A stretch of DNA of 52,022 nucleotides from a bacterium (GTDB taxonomy: Bacteria; Patescibacteriota; Minisyncoccia; Phycocordibacterales; UBA9973): the NCBI GenBank assembly GCA_027484965.1, contig JAIXRY010000003.1:1-52022 (forward strand). The letters are read 5' to 3'. Within the stretch, counting starts at the first letter, position 1. Each line of letters starts with the position of its first letter. The position numbers and the translations under genes were made by a program. The notes under the pieces were generated by a model. It saw only the letters and a program-made list of their open reading frames with translations. It made no database searches and was not told the DNA's origin. Shown here piece after piece: positions 1 through 8,606 of the stretch.

Positions 1-54
1 CTCTTTGTATGTATTTCTCTATTATATTTATTTTTCCTAAATCACTTTTATAGC

Positions 55-375
55 TTAGTCTTCCAAACCTTCCAGTGCTTCGTCTACAGATTTTGAAACT
101 GGTCCTGTAGATGGTGCACGCATACCACCCTCTGGTTCATTAATCTTAAGATTTACACGAGCGTTGTGTTTCATTCCAATAACACGAAGAAGTGTACGGA
201 TTGCTTTTGCTGTATTACCTTGGCGTCCAATAATTTTACCCATATCTTCTGGAGCAATAGTAAGAGTTACTAATACCCCCATTTCATCAACAGATCTATC
301 AATCACCACTTTATCTGGATTATCAACGAGTGCTTTTACAATATATTCTAAAAATACTTTATCTTCGTGCTGCAT
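55..375 (-). CDS. khpA: KH-domain RNA-binding protein (KhpA/YlqC family)
   Basis: KH GXXG signature IGRQGNTAKAIRTLL. Lies directly downstream of rpsP as in the conserved rpsP-khpA arrangement. ATG at 375 preferred; the ORF stays open to a TTG at 393. Confidence 0.85.
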   Translation of the reverse strand: MQHEDKVFLEYIVKALVDNPDKVVIDRSVDEMGVLVTLTIAPEDMGKIIGRQGNTAKAIRTLLRVIGMKHNARVNLKINEPEGGMRAPSTGPVSKSVDEALEGLED

Positions 376-461
376 ATAAGAGTTGCTAAACAAAAATTAA
401 TTAAGACAGTGTGTTGACGATACTCACTGTACAAATAGATTATATCTCATTTACAAAAAAT

Positions 462-485
462 AAATCCACTCAATTGAGTGGATTT
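462..485. terminator. Stem-loop AAATCCACTC/AATT/GAGTGGATTT between rpsP and khpA, flanked by A and T runs
   Basis: 10-bp perfect stem read directly. U-tracts are possible on either strand, so it may act as an internal attenuator of the rpsP-khpA transcript. Confidence 0.5.
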
Positions 486-499
486 CTTTTTTGTAAAAA

Positions 500-802
500 T
501 TATTTTTTAACTTCTTTTCTTTTTACTGTTGGACTTTTCTTTGGAAGAACGTTTTTCTTTGTTCCTTCTATAACACCTTGTTTTACGAGGAAGTTATGAA
601 CTGTATCGCTTGCCTGCGCTCCTTGTGAGATCCAGTATTGTACACGTTCTTTTTTGAAAACTACAGTGTCTGATTTTGGTGTGTAAGAACCAACAATCTC
701 TTTAAATTTACCACTTTGTGTGGCGTTTTTTGAATCAGTCAAAACAACCCTGTATGCAGGATCATTTTTGCGACCAATACGTTGTAAGCGAATCATTAAC
801 AT
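500..802 (-). CDS. rpsP: 30S ribosomal protein S16
   Basis: MLMIRLQRIGRKNDPAYRVVL N-terminus is canonical for S16. Start moved to the internal ATG at 802 because the upstream 13 codons of the ORF look non-native. Confidence 0.95.
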   Translation of the reverse strand: MLMIRLQRIGRKNDPAYRVVLTDSKNATQSGKFKEIVGSYTPKSDTVVFKKERVQYWISQGAQASDTVHNFLVKQGVIEGTKKNVLPKKSPTVKRKEVKK

Positions 803-876
803 AAGTAGAGTGATAATACCAAAACTACCAATAAAAAGCAAGTCTTCAGTATTTTAATAGATTCAGTTTTTAACTC

Positions 877-2826
877 ATGAAAAATAATAATGTGTGTTAT
901 AGTGTTATTATTATGGAACAAAAAATATATGAGGGAGTAGTCTTCATAAATACCAAAGGAAACGGCTATGTAAAGACAAAAGAGTTAGATGATAGTATAG
1001 AAATACCAAATCAACATCTTCTTACAAGTCTCCATGGAGACAAGGTTTGCGCGATTGTTACAGGTAAGAATGAATATGGAAATCCTACAGGAGAGATAAC
1101 CGAAATAATATCTCGCTCAAAAGTTGGATTTTCTGGAACACTCGCAAAAGACGAACTTGGATTTTACCTTATTCCAAGTGACCCAAAAATTCATATACAA
1201 ATGAGAATTCCAAATGACGCCCTTCTTGGAGCAGAGCTTGGCGACAAAGTATTTACAACTATTACTCGATGGACAGACCAACAAAGCCTCCCTGTAGGTG
1301 AAGTGCTTCGTGTACTTGGAAAACCTCTTGAGAATAACGCTGAGATGATGGGTATTGCCCTTGAAAAAGGTTTTGATGAAAATTTTCCTAAAGCTGTTTT
1401 AGAAGAAGCGGAAAAATTAAAAGCAGAAGGTATTAGTGGAGATGAATTAAAAATTAGAAAAGATATTAGAGGTATAACAACATTTACTATAGACCCTGCA
1501 GACGCAAAAGACTTTGACGATGCATTGTCTGTTCAATTCTTACCTAATGGAAATATAGAAATTGGTGTTCATATTGCTGATGTATCTCACTATGTACGTC
1601 CAGACACAGAACTCGACAAAGAAGCTGCTAGGCGCGCTACTTCTGTGTATCTTGTAGACCGTACAATACCAATGCTTCCAGAAGTTCTCTCAAATGAACT
1701 CTGTAGTCTAAATCCAAAAGAAGACAAACTTACTTTCAGTGCGATTTTTGAATTAGATGAAAAAGCAAATGTTTTGAATGAGTGGTTTGGTAGAACAATT
1801 ATGCATTCTGATTATCGTTTTACATATGAAAATGCTCAAGAAGTTTTAAATGAAGAGCAAGGGATATATTTCAAGGAATTAAACATTCTAAATACTCTTG
1901 CAAAAAAATTAGAAAAGAAAAGAATGGAAGCAGGCGCTCTTTCTCTCGATCAAGACGAAGTAAAATTCTTACTCGACCAAAACGGTGTTCCAATAAAAGT
2001 TTATAAAAAAGAACGTGGCGACACGAATCACCTTATCGAAGAATTCATGCTTCTTGCAAACAGAAAGGTTGCTGAATTTATTGCCAAAAAATCAGAAAAT
2101 GAAGCAAATGTTTTCGTATATCGTATTCATGATTTACCTGATCAAGACAAGATGGGAGAACTAAAACTATTCTTGAAAAAACTTGGTTTTGAAACACATC
2201 TAAACAAAGACGGAGTAATTCCCTCTCAAGAACTCAATAAAATACTCGAAAAATTAGAAGGAAAAGAAGAAAAAAATACAGTTCACACCGCAGTTATTCG
2301 TTCGATGGCAAAAGCAATATATTCAACAAAAAATATTGGTCACTATGGACTTGCCTTTGAATATTACACTCACTTCACTTCACCTATTCGCCGTTATCCA
2401 GATACTCTTGTACACAGATTACTTGCAATATATCTCGCCGGAGAAAAAGTTCCAGAAGCTATGTGGCACCACTATGATCATATGTGTGATCACTCTTCAA
2501 AACGTGAAAAGGAAGCTGCTGACGCAGAACGTGCTTCTATTAAATATAAACAAGTAGAGTATATGACAACTCGTGTTGGACAAACATTTAATGGGGTTGT
2601 TACAGGAATATCACGTAATGGAATTTTCGTAGAAGACAAAGAATCTAAGTGTGAAGGAATGATAAGACTTAAAGACTTGGGAACAGATTTTTATAACTAT
2701 GATGAAAAAGAAAATTATATAATAGGTACACGTACAAAAAAGATTTTTAAAATTGGAGACAATTTACCAATCAAAGTTGCAGGAGCTAATCTTGAGAAAA
2801 AAATTATTGATTACATACCAGGATAA
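877..2826 (+). CDS. rnr: Ribonuclease R / exoribonuclease II family (RNB domain plus C-terminal S1)
   Basis: RNB motifs DPADAKDFDDALSV and HIADVSHYV, with an S1-like C-terminus (GVVTGISRNGIFVE). Alternative start ATG 913 (MEQKIYEG) is preceded by TGTTATAGT 9 nt upstream. Confidence 0.9.
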   Translation: MKNNNVCYSVIIMEQKIYEGVVFINTKGNGYVKTKELDDSIEIPNQHLLTSLHGDKVCAIVTGKNEYGNPTGEITEIISRSKVGFSGTLAKDELGFYLIPSDPKIHIQMRIPNDALLGAELGDKVFTTITRWTDQQSLPVGEVLRVLGKPLENNAEMMGIALEKGFDENFPKAVLEEAEKLKAEGISGDELKIRKDIRGITTFTIDPADAKDFDDALSVQFLPNGNIEIGVHIADVSHYVRPDTELDKEAARRATSVYLVDRTIPMLPEVLSNELCSLNPKEDKLTFSAIFELDEKANVLNEWFGRTIMHSDYRFTYENAQEVLNEEQGIYFKELNILNTLAKKLEKKRMEAGALSLDQDEVKFLLDQNGVPIKVYKKERGDTNHLIEEFMLLANRKVAEFIAKKSENEANVFVYRIHDLPDQDKMGELKLFLKKLGFETHLNKDGVIPSQELNKILEKLEGKEEKNTVHTAVIRSMAKAIYSTKNIGHYGLAFEYYTHFTSPIRRYPDTLVHRLLAIYLAGEKVPEAMWHHYDHMCDHSSKREKEAADAERASIKYKQVEYMTTRVGQTFNGVVTGISRNGIFVEDKESKCEGMIRLKDLGTDFYNYDEKENYIIGTRTKKIFKIGDNLPIKVAGANLEKKIIDYIPG

Positions 2827-2832
2827 AAAATA

Positions 2833-3903
2833 ATGATGAACGTTAGAACAGAAATTATAGCAATTCTCTGTATCTCGATAGTAGCGGGTGCTTTTTTGGG
2901 TGCGGTTGGTAAACACAAAATAGAAAAAGAAAGAGTTCTTACTGAAGAAAAAAAAGTAGAGAAAAAGATTGGTTCATTCACGTTATCTTTTGTGGGTGAT
3001 ATAGCACCAACAAAAGAATTCCCTGACCTATTCGAGTTCACAAAAGAAGAATTATCAAAACCAGATATAATGATTGGAAATCTAGAAGGAGTAATTACAG
3101 ATAGAGAAAAAAATAAGTGTGGAACAATTATAACAGGAAAATGTTATGCATTTTCTGGTAATGAAGGATTTGTTCAGATATTAAAAAATGCTTCATTTGA
3201 TATGATGAGTTTTGCGAATAATCATTCTTACGACTTTGGCGAAGAAGGATTCATAGATACACTCAAGAATTTGAGTATGTATGACATAGATGCTATTGGT
3301 ACAAAAAATACAATAGTAGAAAAAAAGATTCGCGGAGTAAGTGTTGCTTTTGTTGGATTTTCTACAGGCAAACTCACAAGTGACCTAAATGATGAGAACC
3401 AAGTAAAAAGTCTTGTTGAAAGAGCAAGTATTGGAAACGATTTGGTTGTTGTTATATTCCATGGAGGTGCTGAAGGTATAGGAGCTACACACGTAGAAGG
3501 AGTCAATGAAAAATATTTAGATGAAGAGCGTGGTAATGTTCAAGCTTTTGCAAAACTCGCAATCGACAACGGTGCAGGTCTTGTGCTCGGATCAGGCCCT
3601 CATGTGCTTCGTGGTATGGAATGGTACAAAGGAAAATTGATTGCATATTCAATGGGAAATTTTGCCGGATACAGAACATTTAGCACTGATGGAATTATGG
3701 GTACATCAGGAATACTTACCATTGATATAGAAAATAAAAATGAAATTACAAATGCAAAATTTGTTCCTATTTCAATAAATAAAAATGGTGTACCTACAAT
3801 TGATTGGACAAACACTTCTATATCGCAAATAAATAATCTAAGTAAAGAAGATTTTGGAGATAATGGAATAATGTTTAATGAAAGTGGTAAGGCAATAAAA
3901 TAA
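2833..3903 (+). CDS. CapA/PGA_cap family metallophosphatase-like membrane-anchored protein
   Basis: N-terminal TM helix, then CapA-type motifs (FVGDI, NLEGVIT, FANNHSYDFGEEG, FHGGAEG, GSGPHVLRG, AYSMGNF). Confidence 0.8.
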   Translation: MMNVRTEIIAILCISIVAGAFLGAVGKHKIEKERVLTEEKKVEKKIGSFTLSFVGDIAPTKEFPDLFEFTKEELSKPDIMIGNLEGVITDREKNKCGTIITGKCYAFSGNEGFVQILKNASFDMMSFANNHSYDFGEEGFIDTLKNLSMYDIDAIGTKNTIVEKKIRGVSVAFVGFSTGKLTSDLNDENQVKSLVERASIGNDLVVVIFHGGAEGIGATHVEGVNEKYLDEERGNVQAFAKLAIDNGAGLVLGSGPHVLRGMEWYKGKLIAYSMGNFAGYRTFSTDGIMGTSGILTIDIENKNEITNAKFVPISINKNGVPTIDWTNTSISQINNLSKEDFGDNGIMFNESGKAIK

Positions 3904-3907
3904 ATTA

Positions 3908-3960
3908 GGTTGTAAAAATATAAGAACCCGGATTTGCTTCGCAAATCCGGGTTCTTATAT
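3908..3960. repeat. Copy 1 of a roughly 47-nt repeated element containing a long palindrome (AAGAACCCGGATTTGC/TTC/GCAAATCCGGGTTCTT); bidirectional terminator
   Basis: About 20 bp of stem read directly (3918-3960). Near-identical copy at 5461-5508. Confidence 0.8.
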
Positions 3961-3966
3961 AATATA

Positions 3967-4347
3967 TTACAAACACGACTTTACTTTTTCTATGACAAGA
4001 TCTAATGTTGATTCTGCTTTGACCATATAATATGCTGGATTATCTTTTACAACACTTTCAATAATACTATTATTTGTATTAAAATTAGTTAAAATAATTA
4101 TTGGAACAACTTTACCCCAATCACTATTTTGACGAATTTTTTCCATAACCTCCATACCATTCAAATCTGGCAATCCAATGTCAAGCAAAATAAGATCAGG
4201 TTTTTCGTCTAAAGCCACCTTTAATCCTTCTTCGCCATTTTTTGACTGAAAAACACTAAAGTGTTCATTTTCCAAACGCTTAAAGAGTGCGTTACGAAGA
4301 ACCTCTTCATCTTCTACTAATAATATTTTTTTAGTTATAGTATTCAT
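3967..4347 (-). CDS. Stand-alone response regulator receiver (CheY-like, no output domain)
   Basis: Receiver motifs LLVEDEE and DLILLDIGLPDLNG (acceptor Asp), plus a conserved Lys region. Only 126 aa. Confidence 0.85.
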   Translation of the reverse strand: MNTITKKILLVEDEEVLRNALFKRLENEHFSVFQSKNGEEGLKVALDEKPDLILLDIGLPDLNGMEVMEKIRQNSDWGKVVPIIILTNFNTNNSIIESVVKDNPAYYMVKAESTLDLVIEKVKSCL

Positions 4348-4380
4348 ATATATTAATTATCTCAAAAATATATTGTTTTG

Positions 4381-5427
4381 TTAAGAAAGAGAAGTAAGAG
4401 TTGTGTGACGAATTGGTACAGTAATAAAGAATATTGTGCCATCTTCTTTATTTGATGAATAATCTATTTTTCCACCAATAGTTTCTATAAAAGATTTAAC
4501 AATAAATAGACCTAAACCTCCAATTTCCGTTTCTAAAGCACCATTTACCTGACGAGAATGAGTGAATTTTTTGAACATATGCGCTTTTTGCATATCTGAT
4601 ATTTCTCCACCTTTATTATGAATGGATACAATATAAAAATCTTTATCTTTTTCAATTTTTACAATTATTGGACTGTTCTTTGTTCCATGAATAATACTGT
4701 TATTTATAAGATTTTTTAGAGATTCTCCTAAAAGAATCTTGTCTGTATATATTTTTGTTTCAAGAAGGTCTGTTGTAAATTGTATTTTTTGTCCATTATT
4801 TTCAGCGCGAACATAAAATGTCTTAATAATTTCTTCAATAAATATCTTAAGGTCAATTTCTTCGTTGAAAACAATAATCTTACCTGTTTCAATACGTGCA
4901 CTAGAAAGTAATTTTGAAACTAAATCTATCAATCTATCATTTTCATTGTAAATAGAATAAAAAAGATTTTGATTATTTTCTGATATCTGCCCTTCTGAGA
5001 TAGCAAGATCGAGCGCCCATTTAATACTAGTCAACGGAGTACGAAGCTGATGCGAAGCGGTAGCCAAAAACTCATCCTTTGCCATAGAAAGCTCATTCAT
5101 TTTATTATTATAAGCAATAGCTTCACGATCAAGACCATACTCAATAAACATTAATACAAAAAAAACTACAAACCAAACTCCAAATATAGGTAGCACAGTA
5201 GACGCAACAGAATCAATGTCACGTATCATAAAAATAGTCGCTACAAAACCTAAACAAAACATAGTAATAATATTACTCGTTGTTAAAATCATTACTATTT
5301 TACCAAAAACATTTTTACCAATTTTTCGATAAAAGTATATAGATTGTCTTATTAAAAAAATACTACCCAATAATAAAATAGGCCATCCAACAAAAAGTAT
5401 AATATTGCGTATTATTACCAAAGTCAT
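4381..5427 (-). CDS. Sensor histidine kinase, membrane-embedded sensor (about 4 TM, no periplasmic domain)
   Basis: H-box ATASHQLRTPLTS, N-box LINNSIIHG, G-box GGLGLFIV. The N-terminal 110 aa are almost entirely hydrophobic helices. Confidence 0.85.
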   Translation of the reverse strand: MTLVIIRNIILFVGWPILLLGSIFLIRQSIYFYRKIGKNVFGKIVMILTTSNIITMFCLGFVATIFMIRDIDSVASTVLPIFGVWFVVFFVLMFIEYGLDREAIAYNNKMNELSMAKDEFLATASHQLRTPLTSIKWALDLAISEGQISENNQNLFYSIYNENDRLIDLVSKLLSSARIETGKIIVFNEEIDLKIFIEEIIKTFYVRAENNGQKIQFTTDLLETKIYTDKILLGESLKNLINNSIIHGTKNSPIIVKIEKDKDFYIVSIHNKGGEISDMQKAHMFKKFTHSRQVNGALETEIGGLGLFIVKSFIETIGGKIDYSSNKEDGTIFFITVPIRHTTLTSLS

Positions 5428-5460
5428 ACTTATATAATATCATAAAATTTAAATGATTCT

Positions 5461-5508
5461 GGTGTAAAAAATAAAAGAACCCGGATTTGCTTTGCAAATC
5501 CGGGATTC
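5461..5508. repeat. Copy 2 of the palindromic repeated element (GAACCCGGATTTGC/TTT/GCAAATCCGGG)
   Basis: Same orientation and near-identical sequence to 3908-3954, including the GGTGTAAAAA-ATAA left flank. Confidence 0.8.
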
Positions 5509-5535
5509 GACATTTCTGTCTAACACTTTTTACCT

Positions 5536-6202
5536 CTACGAGGATTGGGTATTATTTTTAGGTGACTGTTCAACAGGTTTTTCCTCAACCTTAGGAGGCA
5601 TTTCTGTCTTCAAGGTGATCTCGGTTGGAATACCAGTAACATCAACTTTCACTTCATGCTTAAAAGTTGTAGGAAAACTATGATCAATATGTCCCTGATG
5701 GTTCATATTCCAATCACGTCCACCTCCACAATTTCCTCCTCGGCAACTATTGCAGTTTCCATTACATCTATAATAATTTCTTCCAGCAATAAGATATCCT
5801 AAAATTCCAAACAAAATTAATCCCAATACAATCACACACCATATAATTCCATTGTCCGATAAAAAAGATGATTGTTGAGGTGTTTGTTGAACAACCACAA
5901 CCGTATCTTTTTTTGCTGGCTCCGTTGGCTGAGTAATAACTCTAGGTCTCGAAGGCATGTAGATTATCCTCGGGCGAGGTTCAGGTCTTTGTAACTCTGG
6001 CCAATTATTAATTATAGTAACTGACGGTTGTTGATCAGGTTGAACTCTAACTGTCGGTTGTTGAATTGGTTGTGGTTCAGGTCCTACAAAAAGGAACTCC
6101 GCGACCAGTATTGTTGATTTGAGCAAAAGTAGAAGTAGAAAATGCTGCTGCGAGGGTTAGTACTCCAAGTACTAACAATCTCATTCTGTTTTTATTGTTC
6201 AT
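5536..6202 (-). CDS. Pro-rich, single-TM, Cys/His-rich protein; signal peptide and body are in different frames (frameshift or sequencing error)
   Basis: ORF 5536-6126 (TTG-initiated in the track) encodes Pro-rich repeats, a TM helix and CNGNCNSCRGGNCGGG. A 41-codon ORF from ATG 6202 (MNNKNRMRLLVLGVLTLAAAFSTSTFAQ...) is a textbook signal peptide but sits in another frame and stops at 6077. Confidence 0.5.
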
Positions 6203-6211
6203 TCTGGGTTT

Positions 6212-6241
6212 ATTATAGCACATTATATATCATTTTGTCAA
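6212..6241 (-). promoter_or_regulatory. Consensus sigma70-type promoter TTGACA-18-TATAAT, 9 nt upstream of ATG 6202
   Basis: Minus strand reads TTGACA (6241-6236) and TATAAT (6217-6212). No SD lies between it and the ATG. Confidence 0.55.
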
Positions 6242-6266
6242 GCACACTTTTACCCTTATTTTCCAA

Positions 6267-6297
6267 TATAAAAACCGTTATTTAAACGGTTTTTATA
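6267..6297. terminator. Intrinsic terminator downstream of smc
   Basis: AAAACCGTT/ATTTA/AACGGTTTT hairpin with flanking A/T runs. Confidence 0.7.
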
Positions 6298-6299
6298 CT

Positions 6300-8531
6300 T
6301 TATTTCGCGTATTGTTCTGCTTCGTCGAATTGTACTGACAGAAGCTTTGATGAGCCGTCTGACCCTACGGTAACCCCGTAGAGGACCTTTGCTCGAGACA
6401 TAGTCTCGCGATTGTGTGTTACAACAATAAGCTCTGAATACTTTGATAGTCTTTCTATCATATCTCCGTACCTTCGAGAGTTCGCTTCATCCAGTGCTGC
6501 ATCTGTCTCATCGAGTACCAGGAATGGTGGTGGATTAACTTGAGATATAGCAAAGAGTAGAGCAATAGATGTAAGAGATCTTTCACCTCCTGAAAGCATT
6601 TGCAAATCTTTTACTTTCTTATGAGGAAGACTTACATGGATTTCAATTCCCTGCTCAATAATAGGATCTGCTTTATCTACATCAGAAATAACTTCTTCAT
6701 CTTCAGAATTTTCTTTTTTGTCTAAAGTTAGAATAGAGAGAAAAGCATTTCCTCCTCCGAACATAGTTGAGAAGAATTCTTGGAATTGAGTATTGATTTT
6801 CTCTACTCCTTGTTTGAATTCGGTCATCAGTGTTGAGCGAAGTTCGGCAATGAGTGTTGTGGTATTCAATATTGCTCCATCTATGTCAGACAATTCTTGC
6901 ATGAGGAATTGATCGCGCTCAAGTGCATTTTGATATTCTATTGTAATCTCATTTCCACCTATAGATCCACTGTCTTCCAATTTTATTTTTAATCTAAATA
7001 TTTTTTGTTTTAGAGTGCTAAGCGCTTCTTCTGTAGATATCAATTCTGCATCTTCTTTTGGAAGAACAGCTGACGGACCAATCAGCACAGAGAGTTCTTT
7101 TATTTCTTGATTAAGCCTTTCTTCGCGGCTTTTTATATCTTCGTGTTTGTGAGTACTGAATCTCAACTCACTTTCAATATCACTCTTTTGTCTTACAAGT
7201 GAGAGATAATTCTTTTCACTTTCAGCAAAATTTGATTCATGTTCTGACTTTTCTTGTTTTATAGAAGCGATAGCACTTTGGATATTTTGTTCACGAGAAA
7301 TTATTTGATTGCGTTCTTGATTGAGCTTAGTAATAGTATCTCTGTGTTCTTGTATAAGTGCACTATTATCAATCACCACATCTTCTTCGATAGTTACAAG
7401 ATTTTGTAGCTTTGATTTTATATGTGAAAGAGCATTTTTCAGTACAGTACTATCGCCTGAGGAAAGCGCTTCGTCTATAGTACTTATTGTATCTTTTGCG
7501 AAAGATACAACTGTATTTCGAGAAATAGGCTTATTATCACCTACATGTTTTCCTTGGTTTTCGAGAACCTGAATCATCCCTTCGAGGCGCCCGATACTGT
7601 GCTCTATATCACTCTTTGCGTGACGGAAACTTGCAAGAGACTTTTCATGTTCTTCGATACGAGGGTCCTGTGCACTAGAGAATCTTTCTTTCATTACTTT
7701 CTCTAGAGAAGATATTTGTTTGTCGATATTTTCTAGAGTTTCTTTTTGTTCCTTTTCAAAATTATGTAATTCGTCTTTTTTGTTTTTTATAAAAGATATT
7801 TCACTCTTCTGATAACTTCCAAAAAGACTTTCCAAATCAGCACGAACAATACTTGCTTGTTCTATTTTCTCAACTTGTTTCTTCAAGAATGCAAGATGAG
7901 GTGCGAGTTCGCGACGCTGAATAGACACTTCTTTCATATTCAAACGTGTCTTCTCAAGCTTCTTTTCTGCTTCACGAATCTTTGTTTGGTAGACCTTTAA
8001 ACCAAGTGCGTCTTCAATCATTACCTTTCTCTCCTTTCCATTTGAAGTAAGAATTCTGTCAGCCGCACCTTGAGAAATAATATGGTGTCCAGATGAGCCA
8101 ATATGTACAGACGCGAGTAAATCAAGCACATCTTTCAATCTAACTTCTGTACCGTTTATAGAATATGTATTTCCTCCATCACGAAACACTTCACGAGTAA
8201 TAACGATTTCATCGAAATCTAAAGAAACTTTTTCTAAATCACTTCCAGAAAAAGAAAATTGCTTTTTACTATTATCAAAAGTAATTGAAACACTCGCGCG
8301 AGAAAGCGCAGGAAGAGATTTTGAACCTTTAAAGATTAGGTCAGCACCAGACTTTGAGCGAAGAGACTTGATAGATTGCTCTCCAAGTACAAAACGAAAA
8401 GCTTCTACAACATTAGACTTTCCAGAACCATTTGGCCCCACAACTCCTATAACAGGCGAATTAAAATAGAGCGTTGATTTCTTCGCAAAAGATTTGAACC
8501 CTGTCATTTCTATCTTTTTGAGCTGATGCAT
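6300..8531 (-). CDS. smc: SMC-family chromosome segregation ATPase, short form (743 aa) without recognisable hinge
   Basis: N-terminal head FKSFA...GPNGSGKSNVVEAFRFVLGEQS. C-terminal signature LSGGERSLTSIALLFA and Walker B FLVLDETDAALD. The middle is heptad-like coiled coil only. Confidence 0.85.
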   Translation of the reverse strand: MHQLKKIEMTGFKSFAKKSTLYFNSPVIGVVGPNGSGKSNVVEAFRFVLGEQSIKSLRSKSGADLIFKGSKSLPALSRASVSITFDNSKKQFSFSGSDLEKVSLDFDEIVITREVFRDGGNTYSINGTEVRLKDVLDLLASVHIGSSGHHIISQGAADRILTSNGKERKVMIEDALGLKVYQTKIREAEKKLEKTRLNMKEVSIQRRELAPHLAFLKKQVEKIEQASIVRADLESLFGSYQKSEISFIKNKKDELHNFEKEQKETLENIDKQISSLEKVMKERFSSAQDPRIEEHEKSLASFRHAKSDIEHSIGRLEGMIQVLENQGKHVGDNKPISRNTVVSFAKDTISTIDEALSSGDSTVLKNALSHIKSKLQNLVTIEEDVVIDNSALIQEHRDTITKLNQERNQIISREQNIQSAIASIKQEKSEHESNFAESEKNYLSLVRQKSDIESELRFSTHKHEDIKSREERLNQEIKELSVLIGPSAVLPKEDAELISTEEALSTLKQKIFRLKIKLEDSGSIGGNEITIEYQNALERDQFLMQELSDIDGAILNTTTLIAELRSTLMTEFKQGVEKINTQFQEFFSTMFGGGNAFLSILTLDKKENSEDEEVISDVDKADPIIEQGIEIHVSLPHKKVKDLQMLSGGERSLTSIALLFAISQVNPPPFLVLDETDAALDEANSRRYGDMIERLSKYSELIVVTHNRETMSRAKVLYGVTVGSDGSSKLLSVQFDEAEQYAK

Positions 8532-8559
8532 TTGTCTATATATTTTAACTTTTTTTATT

Positions 8560-8606
8560 AAATTTACAAAATAAAAACCCTTTGAAGGGTTTTTATTTTG
8601 TAAATT
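8560..8606. terminator. 23-bp-arm perfect palindrome (AAATTTACAAAATAAAAACCCTT/TG/AAGGGTTTTTATTTTGTAAATTT) between rnc and smc
   Basis: Read directly; bidirectional hairpin. Confidence 0.7.

Noticed and set aside
164-379. Numerous ORFs of 60-130 aa on the strand opposite to, or nested within, well-supported genes. Examples are 164-379, 2336-2557, 7321-7572, 9483-9924, 11676-11867, 15712-15924, 26496-27200, 31642-31839, 36955-37354 and 47848-48189.
   Set aside because: All lie inside confidently identified genes and have low-complexity or compositionally odd translations with no recognisable domains. These are typical shadow ORFs of AT-rich DNA.
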